This document shows positions 37,101 through 49,100 of a DNA stretch of 64,000 nucleotides, one piece after another. The notes beneath the pieces were generated by a model. That model ran no database searches. It had not been told where the DNA came from and worked only from the letters and a program-made list of their open reading frames with translations. Every line of letters begins with the position of its first letter. Within the stretch, counting starts at the first letter, position 1. Made by a program: the position numbers and the translations under genes. This DNA comes from Squalus acanthias (Eukaryota), in the NCBI GenBank assembly GCA_030390025.1, contig JASTWF010000331.1, positions 62,001 through 126,000 on the forward strand, read 5' to 3'.

Positions 37101-40100
37101 AGGTTTCACAGTGTATCAGGATACTGCCAAGATTGTATGGGGATTCTCAGTGTATCAGGATCCTGCCAGGTGTGTATGGGGTTTCACAGTGTATCAGGAT
37201 CCTGCCAGGTGTGTATGGGGTTTCACAGTGTATCAGGATCCTGCCAGGTGTGTATTGGTTTTCACAGTGTATCAGCATCCTGCCAGGTGTGTATGGGGTT
37301 TCACAATGTATCAGGATCTAGACAGGTGTGTATGAGGTTTCACAGTGTATCAGGATCCTGACCGGTGTGTATGGGGATGCACAGTGTATCAGGATCCTGC
37401 CAGGTGTGTATGGGGTTTCACAGTGTATCAGGATCCTGCCAGGTGTGTATCGGTTTTCACAGTGTATCGGGATCCTTTCAGGTGTGTATGGGGCTTCACA
37501 GTGTATCAGGATCCTGCCAGATGTGTATGGGGTTTCACAGTGTGTCAGGAGCCTGCCACGTATATGCGATGTTTGTTGCAATAACTGGAGCATCCAAGTC
37601 CTGCAAATTTACCTATAATTCAAAAATCGGCGTTAATTGTAAATTGAATCCAAACAATGTTGAATCCTATTTCCTTTGCCTTTGAACTTCTCATTCACAG
37701 ATTCTGACAATCTTTAAACAATGGGCTCCAGTCAAATATTTGGATTCTTTCGTGAAATAAACGGTTCGAAATCTCCATTCCATCACTTACCTTTCAGATG
37801 ACTGGGTACTTCGGATAAACCTCGTGCGATGTTCATGTAATCAAATGGATCTGAACCTGTTGAAACCAATTAGCGTTCATGAAATCAGTTCTGTGTAATA
37901 TTATAATAAAACCGTGTTTGAATCGGAAATTGAATTCAGTGTGTTTTTACCGTACCAAGTTCCTGTATTTCTTTCAGTATTTTGTTCAGCTTTGGTACCC
38001 CATGGCGCATTTTCACAAAGGATTCCCACATCACCCTTCGGGCCCGAGAGCCTTTCTCCATCACCAGATTTAGGAGAAGTTTGGAACTGTCCGCCCGGTT
38101 TCCCTTCTCCGCGAGCTCAGTGACTTTCTGTAAAGAATAATAATGAATATATTGAGGAGCGGAGTGAAAGGCACACACAGAGAATGAGAAGGAAAGGATC
38201 TGCTCAGTGATGGGATCTCCCAGTTGTTGAGCACAGGAAGCAGTCACTGGGCCGGGTTCTGATCCATTCTGAACATGGGCTGAATATTCTGTAGCATCTT
38301 GATTCACTCATTAACGGCAAAGAAATTTGATGAATTATTGTTCTCGGAGAGTGAGGAATCACTGAGAATCTGCAGCAGTTTTAAGGTGATTATTTGTCTG
38401 TGTCCTTCAGTGTCCAACATGACATCATATTACTGACTGACAATATGATAGACACGTTTCTCACATTTGCTGCCACACTTTGTGATTTCCTGAGAAATAA
38501 AAAAGCAGCGAGTCTGAACTCTATTGGCAGGGAAGGAACGAATAAGAAGTGAGAGAAACAGCAAGAAATCTGCCTGAGAAATTACACTGACTAATCGAAA
38601 CAATCACTGTTGATGTATAGGGCCGGAAAATCGACCAATAAAAATAATGCTGCAAAATCTAATCACCTTTTTACCCGGTAATTGAAATGTCTGACACCCG
38701 TTATTTTGCACATCCGCTGCCGGTATGAAACCTCGGTAACCGGGAACATATATCCAGCAATGGGGTTGGTTCAGTCAGGACTTTCATCATCAAAACTTAC
38801 ATTTATATAACAACTTTAATGCAGAAAAGTAAAATTCGAAAGACACTTCACAGAGGTGCAATCAGACAATGGACAGAGAGATGACGAGGCGTCGAGAACG
38901 ATAGTCTGTTGGTTATGTTACTGGACGATGAATCCAGAGATAACGGTTCAAATATCATCGTGGACGTTTCATGAATTTGAATTCAAATTCAAAACATTTC
39001 GAAATAAAAAGCTGGTATTAGTAAAGATTGTCGTAAAACCCAATGCCCTTTACGCCTGGTGTATACGTGACTCCAGTCCTTCACCAATGTGGTGGCCTCT
39101 GTAATGGCCTAGAAAGCCTCTTGAAAGAAGGATACGGAAGAATAAAACCGGGCGGACCGCTCGGCTTCGGCATTGGATTCGGTCACGATGAAGGAACTCC
39201 CTGCCCAGTCACCCCTGCAAAGCCCCCCTCACTAACACCTGGGTACTGGTGCCAAAGTAGGGAGAAGTGGACCACACATTAGTCAAGCAACTGTGTGACG
39301 GAGTGATACTTATAAAATCATAATTATTAGCTAACATCCCAGGCACCTCCATCGGACAGGACAGACCCACCAGCGGTGGGGCACAGTGATATACCCTCAG
39401 ATGCAAGTGCCCTTCGTGTCATTAACATTGACACCGGAGCCAAGGAAATCTCTTGCCTTCAGGTCAAACATGGGCAAGGAAACCTCCTGCTGATTTCCAC
39501 CTATCACCCTCCCTCAGCCGATTAATCAGTACTCCTCAATTTTGAACACAACTTGGAGGAAGCACTGAAGGTGACAAAAGGTCCAGAATGTACAGTAGAT
39601 GTGAGATTTAGGGCCTAGTTCCCCCGTATTTCGATATCAAGGAACAAATGAATGCACTGGGCACAGCAAATGCTAAAGGTCCCGTCAACATTCTGGCTGT
39701 GGTGTTGAGGATCTGTGCTCTGGAACCATCCACACCTCTAGTAAAGTTGTTCCAGTACATCCACAGCACTGGAATCTGCCCGACAATGTAGCGAATTGTC
39801 CAGGTATGTCCTGTCCACAAAGAGCAGGACAAATCCAACCCGATCAATTACCGCCCTATCAGCCTGCTCTCAATCATCATCAAAGTGTTGGAAGGAGTTA
39901 TCAACACTGCTATCAAGGAGCACTTAATCACAAATAGGCTGCTCACTGAGGCTCAATTTGAGTTCCACCAGGACCAATCGAAGCCAAACAAGGACCAAAG
40001 AACTGAATTCCAGCTGTGAGGTGACAGTGACTGTGCTTGACATTAAGGCAGTGTTCGACGTGTGTGGCACCATGGAGTGTGGTTGTTGGAGGCGAATCGT

Positions 40101-43100
40101 CTCAGCACCAGGACATCACTGCAGGAGTTCCTCGGGGCAGAGTCTTCGAACTAACCACTTCAGCTGCTTCGCCAATTACCATCCCTCCATCATAAAGCCA
40201 GGAGTGGGGATGTTCTCTGATAATTGCAGTGTTCAGCTCCATATTCAATTCGTCAGATAATGAAGCGGTCAATGCTCGCATGCAGCAAGTCCTGGACAAA
40301 ATCTAGGCTTGGGCGGAAAAGTGGCAAGTAACATTCGCGCCCCACAAGTGTCAGGCAATGCCCATCTCCCACAAGAGAGTCCAACCATGTCCGTTTGTCA
40401 TTCACTGGCATTGCCATCGTCAAATCCCTACCATTGACCACCACAAAAAAACTCGTGGCTGCTAGAGCAGGTCAGAGGCTGGGTATTCTGTGGTGAGTGG
40501 CTCATCTCCTGGCCACCCAGGAGTCTCATCTGCACCTATAAGGTACAACTGCAGCGTGTGATGGAAAACTCTCCACTTGCCTGGATAGGTGCAGCTGCAA
40601 CAACACTCAAGAAGCTCCACGCAATCCAGGACAGAGAAATACGCTTCATCGGCAGCCCACCTACCACCTTAAACATCCAATCCCTCCACCGAAGGTGCAC
40701 CATCGCTTCAGTGTGTGCTATTTACAGAAAGAACTGCAGCAGTTCGCCAAGGCTTCTTTGACAGCACCTCTCCAACCCTCGGCCTCTGCCACCTATAAGG
40801 ACAAGAGCAGCATCCGCATGGAAACACCACCACCTCCAAGTTCCACTTCAAGTAACATAAGATCCTGACTGTAAATTCGAGCCAAAACGCCCAGCGCCCT
40901 CTAGAGGGAATAGGAGAAGCGACTAATGTTTCCTTGGTGAGACCACACCTTGAGTACTGTGTGCAGTTTTGGTCGCCTTATCTGAGGAAGGATGTTCTTG
41001 CCATGGAAGGAGTTCAGCGAAGATTCACAAGGCGGATACCTGGGATGGCAGGAATGACATATGAGGAGAGATTGGGTCGATTTGGCTTATATTCGCTGGA
41101 GTATAGAAGAATGAGAGGGGATCTCATCGAAACATATAACATTCTGACAGGTCTGGACAAACTAGATGCAGGAAGAATGTTCCCGATGGTCGGAGAGTCC
41201 AGAACCAGGGGTCACAGTCTAAGGATAAGGGGTAAGCCATTTAGGACAGAAATGAGGAAGAATTTCTTCACCCACAGAGTGGTGAACCTGTGGAATTCTC
41301 TCCCACAGAAGGTCGTTGAGGCCAAGTCATTAAATATATTCACCAATGAGTTAGATATATTTCATAAAGCTAAAGGTATCAAGGGATATGGGGAGAAGGC
41401 AGGGACAGGATACTGAGTTTGGATGATCAGCCATGATCTCATCGAATGGCGGAGCAGGCTCGAGGGGCCGAATGGCCTACTCCTGCTCCTATCTTCTATG
41501 TTTCTATGTTACTATGTTTCCTTAACCAATCAGCTTGAAGAATCCTTACGCAAATTCTGAACCAGGAAGTTTCAGTTAGAATATAGAATGCAATGTCAAA
41601 TCACATGCAGAAAGTGAAATAAAGAGAGGGAAAGAAAGATTGGATTCAGAATGCATCTCACTGAAACATACAAAATTCTTACAGGGCTTGACAGGGTAGA
41701 TGCAGGGAGGATGCTTCCCCTGGCTGGGGAGTCTGCAAACAGGGGTCACAGTCTTAGAAAAAGGGGTCGGACATTTAGGACTGTGGAAAGGAGAAATTTC
41801 TTCACTTGGAGGGTGGAGAATCTTTGGAATTCTCTACCCCAGAGGGCTGTGGAGGCTCAGTTGTTGAGTGTATTCAAGACAGAGATGGATAGATTTTTGA
41901 ATCTTAAGGGAATCAAGGGATATGGGGATAGTGCAGGAAAGGGGAGATGAGGTAAAAGATCAGCAATGATTTAATTGAATGGCGGAGCAGGCTCGAAGGG
42001 ATAAATGGCCTAATGCTTCTAATATTTGTTATCTTATGTTCAGAGGGAACGAAAAAAGAGTCAGAAAGAAAAGGTTCCAACATTATTGAATTTTTGTTTG
42101 TACAGCTCCAACAATAATTAAAATCGGAAGGAATGAGACTCCACACTTGTAAAAGTTAATTTTCTGTGCCAGAGAGGTTGTTTGGCATTAGTTAAGACTG
42201 ATCACACCGTTAAACAAATAATTACACTGGAATCGGCAAGCCCTGACTTTTCCTGGCGAGTTTCCTGTGTATCTATCAGGTAAGTACAGTAATTTTACAC
42301 CGTTCCATGCATTTCAATGGCGAGTCTCTCGGCGAGATACCATTCTCGCGCAGCTTTGGGAGCAGCAGGGCAACTCGGACAGGACCTTCCCGGTTTTCCT
42401 GTTTAACTCCGCATGTGCGGTCGCTGGAAGTTGGTGTCCAATTTACACTTTAATAACAGTGAGCGCTGTTAGCCCCACCGTTATTTCTACCGCAGAATCT
42501 GGCCTATTGCAAAAATATGAAACTACCACTATTTCATCCCCCAGTCACTCACTCCGTGAACAAAATGGAGCAGAAACCAAACCATTAAAGTGAGCGGACG
42601 TTAAATGACAGTCTGAATAATCTCAATTTCCTCATGTTCCCCCTGGGCAGTGACGTTCCACACCAAGAGCACAGGGGCAGGTAATTACAGACTGAATAAT
42701 CTCAATTTCCTCATGTTCCCCTCTGGGCAGTGACGTTCCACACCAAGAGCACAGGAGCAGGTAATTACAGACTGAATAATCTCAATTTCCTGATGTTCCC
42801 CCCTGGGGAGTGACGTTCCACACCAGGAGCACAGGGGCAGGTAATTACAGACTGAATAATCTCAATTTCCTCATGTTCCCCCCTGGGGAGTGACGTTCCA
42901 CACCAAGAGCACAGGGGCAGGTAATTACCGACTGAATAATCTCAATTTCCTCATGTTCCCCCTGGGGAGTGACGTTCCACACCAGGAGCACAGGGGCTGG
43001 TAATTTACCCAGTTGTGTACAAGTTTGGACACTCCATTTATACAATGTAAAGGCAATGGAAAATCTGGCGTGCAATTGCACTCGGATGTTAGCAGGGATG

Positions 43101-46100
43101 TGGAGTTACTGTTAGAGACTGCGATTTGAGAACACTGGGCTCATTCCACTAGAGGTGAGCATATAAAGTGAGAAGTTGCTGTAAGTCTTCAGATTCTGAA
43201 GAGTTATGATCAAATAAATAGCTACTGATAGTTTCCACTGATTGCCCAGAGAGCATATATTTAGGCAAATTCGAAGACCTGGGGTGAAGGTTGATAAATG
43301 TATTTACACACGAGGTGATTAGAAAGCATAATTCAATCCCACAAGCTATGGTAGAAGCTAGTGGACATTTTTTTAAATAAAATCTATTTCTATTGCTGCG
43401 TGGATTGAAAGAAATGCTGGAGTATGGGAGTGAAGAGAAGATTGCACCTGGACTAATTGGGATAACAACCATAATGCGGTCAGCAGGAGGGTGGGATTAG
43501 ATAAGATGCAAATTTTAAGGGTACCAAATGATCAGGAAATTGTGATTAGACCGGTGGAATATTAACGGTAATGGGTAGTGAGCAGGAGGTTGGGATCAGA
43601 CTAGGTGGGATATTAACGGGAATGGGAAGTGAGCAGGAGGTTGGGATTAGACTAGGTGGGATATTAACGGGAATGGGTAGTGAGCAGGAGGTTGGGATTA
43701 GACTAGGTGGGATATTAACGGTAATGGATGGAGAGCAGGAGATTGGGATTAGACTAGGTGGGATATTAACGGTAATTGGGAAATGAGCAGGAGGTTGGAA
43801 TTAGACTAGGTGGGATATTAACGGTAATGGGTAGTGAGCAGGAGGTTGGGATTAGACCAGGTGAGATATTAACTGTAATGGGTAGTGAGCAGGAGGTTGG
43901 GATTAGACCAGGTGAGATATTAACAGTAATGGGTAGTGAGCAGGAGGTTGGGGTTAGATTAGGTGGGATATTAACTGTAATGGGCAGTGAGCAGGAGGTT
44001 GGGATTAGACCAGGTGAGATATTAACGGTAATGGGCAGTGAGCAGGAGGTTGGGATTAGACCAGGTGAGATATTAACGGTAATGTGTAGTGAGCAGGAGG
44101 CTGGGATTAGACTAGGTGGGATATTAACGGTAATGGGCAGGAGTTTGGGATTAGACTAGGTGGGATATTAATGGTAATGGGTAGTTAGCAGGAGGTTGGG
44201 ATTAGACTGGGTGAGATATTAACGGTAATGGGCAGTGAGCAGGAGGTTGGGATTAGACTAGGTGGGATATTAACGGTAATGGGTAGTGAGCAGGAGATTG
44301 GGATTAGACTAGGTGGGATATTAACAGTAATGGGCAGTGAGCAGGAGGTTGGAATTAGACTCGATGGGATATTAACGGTAATGGGCAGTGAGCAGGAGGT
44401 TGGGATTGGACTAGCTGGCATATTAACGGTAATGGGTAGTGAGCAGGAGGTTGGAATTAGACTCGGTGGGATATTAATGGTAATGGGTAGTGAGCAGGAG
44501 GTTGGGATTAGACTAGGTGGGCTATTAATGGTAATGGATAGTGAGCAGGAGGTTGGGATTGGACTAGGTGGGATATTAACGGTATTGGGTAGTGAGCAGG
44601 AGGTTGGGATTAGACTAGGTGAGATATTAACGGTAATCGGCAGTGAGCAGGAGGTTGGGATTCGACTGGGTGGGATATTAACGGTAATAGGCAGTGAGCA
44701 GGAGGTTGGGATTAGACTAGGTGGGATATTAACGGTAATGGGGAGTGAGCAGGAGGTTGGGATTAGACGAGTTGGGATATTAAAGTTAATGGGTAGTGAG
44801 CAGGCGGTTGGGATTAGACTGGGTGGGATATTAACAGTAATGGGTAGTGAGAAGGAAGTTGAGATTAGACTAGGTGCGATATTAACGGTAATGCATAATG
44901 AGCAGGAGCTTGGGATTAGACCAGTTGGGATATTAACGGTAATGGGTAGTGAGCAGGCGGTTGGGATTAGACTCGGTGGGATATTAACAGTAATGGGTAG
45001 TGAGCAGGAGGTTGGGATTAGACTAGTTGGGATATTAACGTTAATAGGTAGTGAGCAGGAGGTTGGGATTAGACTAGGTGGGATAGTAACAGTAATGGGT
45101 AGTGAGCAGGAGGTTGGGATTAGACTAGTTGGGATATTAACGTTAACAGGTAGTGAGCAGGAGGTTGGGATTAGACTAGGTGGGATAGTAACAGTAATGG
45201 GCAGTGAGCAGGAGGTTGGGATTAGACTGGGTGAGATATTAACAGTAATGGGCATTGAGCAGGAGGTTGGGATTAGACGAGGTGGGATATTAACGGTAAT
45301 GGGTAGTGAGCAGGAGGTTGGGATTAGACTAGGTGGGATATTAATGGTAATGGGTAGTGAGCAGGAGGTTGGGATTAGACGAGGTGGGATATTAACGGTA
45401 ATGGATGGTGAGCAGGAGGTTGGGATTAGACTAGGTGGGATATTAATGGTAATGGGTAGTGAGCAGGAGGTTGGGATTAGACTAGGTGGGATATTAACAG
45501 TAATGGGCAGTGAGCAGGAGGTTGGAATTAGACTCGATGGGATATTAACGGTAATGGGCAGTGAGCAGGAGGTTGGGATTAGACTAGCTGGCATATTAAC
45601 GGTAATGGGTAGTGAGCAGGAGGTTGGAATTAGACTCGGTGGGATATTAATGGTAATGGGTAGTGAGCAGGAGGTTGGGATTAGACTAGGTGGGCTATTA
45701 ATGGTAATGGATAGTGAGCAGGAGGTTGGGATTGGACTAGGTGGGATATTAACGGTATTGGGTAGTGAGCAGGAGGTTGGGATTAGACTAGGTGAGATAT
45801 TAACGGTAATCGGCAGTGAGCAGGAGGTTGGGATTCGACTGGGTGGGATATTAACGGTAATAGGCAGTGAGCAGGAGGTTGGGATTAGACTAGGTGGGAT
45901 ATTAACGGTAATGGGTAGTGAGCAGGAGGTTGGGATTAGACTAGTTGGGATATTAATGGTAATGGGAAGTGAGCAGGAGGTTGGGATTAGACGAGTTGGG
46001 ATATTAAAGGTAATGGGTGGTGAGCAGGCGGTTGGGATTAGACTGGGTGGGATATTAACAGTAATGGGTAGTGAGAAGGAAGTTGAGATTAGACTAGGTG

Positions 46101-49100
46101 CGATATTAACGGTAATGCATAATGAGCAGGAGTTTGGGATTAGACTAGGTGGGATATTAACGGTAATGGGTAGTGAGCAGGCGGTTGGGATTAGACTCGG
46201 TGGGATATTAACGGTGATGGATGGTGAGCAGGAGGTTGGGATTAGACTCGGTGGGATATTAATGGTAATGGGTAGTGAGCAGGAGGTTGGGATTAGACCA
46301 GGTGGGATATTAACGGTAATGGTTAGTGAGCAGGAGGTTGGGATTAGACTAGGTGGGATATTAAAGTTAATGGGTAGTGAGCAGGTGGTTGGGATTAGAC
46401 GAGTTGGGATATTAAAGGTAATGGGTAGTGAGCAGGCGGTTGGGATTAGACTCGGTAGGATATTAACAGTAATGGGTAGTGAGCAGGAGGTTGGGATTAG
46501 ACTAGTTGGGATATTAACGTTAATAGGTAGTGAGCAGGAGGTTGGGATTAGACTCGGTGGGATAGTAACAGTAATGGGCAGTGAGCAGGAGGTTGGGATT
46601 AGACTGGGTGAGATATTAACAGTAATGGGCATTGAGCAGGAGGTTGGGATTAGACGAGGTCGGATATTAACGGTAATGGGTAGTGAGCAGGAGGTTGGGA
46701 TTAGACTAGGTGGGATATTAATGGTAATGGGTAGTGAGCAGGAGGTTGGGATTAGACGAGGTGGGATATTAACGGTAATGGATGGTGAGCAGGAGGTTGG
46801 GATTAGACTAGGTGGGATATTAATGGTAATGGGTAGTGAGCAGGAGGTTGGGATTAGACGAGTTGGGATATTAAAGGTAATGGGTAGTGAGCAGGCGGTT
46901 GGGATTAGACTGGGTGGGATATTAACAGTAATGGGTAGTGAGAAGGAAGTTGAGATTAGACTAGGTGCGATATTAACGGTAATGCATAATGAGCAGGAGC
47001 TTGGGATTAGACTTGGTGGGATATTAACGGTAATGGGTAGTGAGCAGGCGGTTGGGATTAGACTCGGTGGGATATTAACGGTGATGGATGGTGAGCAGGA
47101 GGTTGGGATTAGACTCGGTGGGATATTAATGGTAATGGGTAGTGAGCAGGAGGTTGGGATTAGACTAGGTGGGATATTAACGGTAATGGTTAGTGAGCAG
47201 GAGGTTGGGATTAGACTAGGTGGGATATTAAAGTTAATGGGTAGTGAGCAGGTGGTTGGGATTAGACGAGTTGGGATATTAAAGGTAATGGGTAGTGAGC
47301 AGGCGGTTGGGATTAGACTGGGTGGGATATTAACGGTAATGGGTAGTGAGAAGGAAGTTGAGATTAGACTAGGTGCGATATTAACGGTAATGCATAATGA
47401 GCAGGAGCTTGGGATTAGACCAGGTGGGATATTAACGGTAATGGGTAGTGAGCAGGCGGTTGGGATTAGACTCGGTGGGATATTAACAGTAATGGGCAGT
47501 GAGCAGGAGGTTGGGATTAGACTAGGTGGGGTATTAACGGTAATGGGTAGTGAGCAGGAGGTTGGGATTACACTCGGTGGGATATTAACGATAATGGGTA
47601 GTGAGCAGGAGGTTGGGATTACACTCGGTGGGATATTAACGATAATGGGTAGTGAGCAGATGGTTGGGATTAGACTCGGTGTTATATTTACGGTAATGGG
47701 TTTGAGGTTAGTCTCGGTGGGATATTAACTGTAATGGGTAGTGAGCTGCGGTTTGGGATAGACTAGATGGGATATTAACAGTAATGTGTAGTGAGCAGGA
47801 GGTTGGGATTAGACTAGGTGGGATATTAACAGTAATGGGCAGTGAGCAGGAGGTTGGGATGAGAGTAAATTTCCTAGACTATCAACTTGGAATATCGGTA
47901 GCAGGTCGACTGTCCATTACACACCCTGCCAGATTACCATTTCTATTTAGTTCTATTCCATTACAGGTAACTGACAGAATAGTACAGGCTGCTTGCTGTA
48001 ATTTCCTGAAGTGCTGTCCCGGGGAGTGACGCTCCACCACAGGTTCTAACGCCCGGATTGAGTCTCTGCCGAAGTTGGAATTGACTCCCGGTGATGCAGG
48101 GGGAGGAAAAACCTGCACAGCGTCGGGTTTTCAATCCTCATTTTTTGGGGGTTAGTTTTCCTGTTCGAGTCTCATACATTTTCATCATTTTACCATTTTG
48201 TTTTTTTTTCTTGAAATGCCTCTCATTTAGTCCACAGATGATTTTTTGTCATCTCTCGGTACCTTAATTTACGTTAATAGTTTCCAGGTCAGTAAACTCA
48301 TGACCTTCCCTTTAATACGATAGCAAAATACTGCGGATGCTGGAAATCCGAAATAACAACAGAAAACGCTGGAAAAACTCAGCAGGCCAGGCAGCATCCG
48401 TGGAGAGAGAAAGAGAGGTAACGTTTCAGGTCGATGACCTTTCATCAGAACTGGGAAGAGCCGGAAATCACACAGATTTAAGGCCAGGGTAAAGCTGGGA
48501 ATAGGGGGAGAGGATAAAGGAACAAAGGGGGAGATGAAGAGACATTAAGAGACATTAAGAGATATGCAAGGCTAGAGGTGGTGTTAATGTGACAGATTAA
48601 GGCTGAAAGAAGTGTGAAATCCACTGGCAGAATGAAGGACAGCTGCCAGCTTCTAGGAGGAAAAAAAAGGTGGGGGGGGCAAATAAAAGGGTGGAAAAAA
48701 TAAAATATAAATGTGATTGGAGCTGAGGTTATGATATAAAATTGTTGAACTCGATATTGAGTCCAGAGGGCTGTAGCGTGCCTAAACGAAAGATGAGGTG
48801 CTGTTCCTCGAGCTTACGCTGCGCTTCCGTGGAACAGTGTAATAGGCCGAGGACGGTGAGGTCAGAGTGGGAGTGAAGCGGTGAATTAAAGTGACAAGCG
48901 ACCGGGAGCTCGGGGTCCCCCTTACGGACTGAACGGGGGTGTTCCGCAAAGCGGTCACCCAATCTGCGTTTGGTCTCCCCAATGTAGAGGAGACCACATC
49001 GTGAGCAGCGAATACAGTATACTAAATTGCAGGAAGTACAAGTAAATCGCTGTTTCACCTGGAAGGGGTGTTTGGGGCCCTGGACAGTGGGAAGGGGGGA

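Noticed and set aside
34453..37685. Many Cys-rich repetitive ORFs
   Set aside because: Translations of the 39-bp repeat in several frames, with indel frameshifts.
38900..38960. tRNA gene
   Set aside because: Only a degenerate B-box-like GGTTCAAAT at the head of a repeat, with no cloverleaf.
44185..47728. 1166-aa (+) and 815-aa (-) ORFs
   Set aside because: Both are read-throughs of the 51-bp (17-codon) minisatellite, with no unique sequence, inside an NLR intron.
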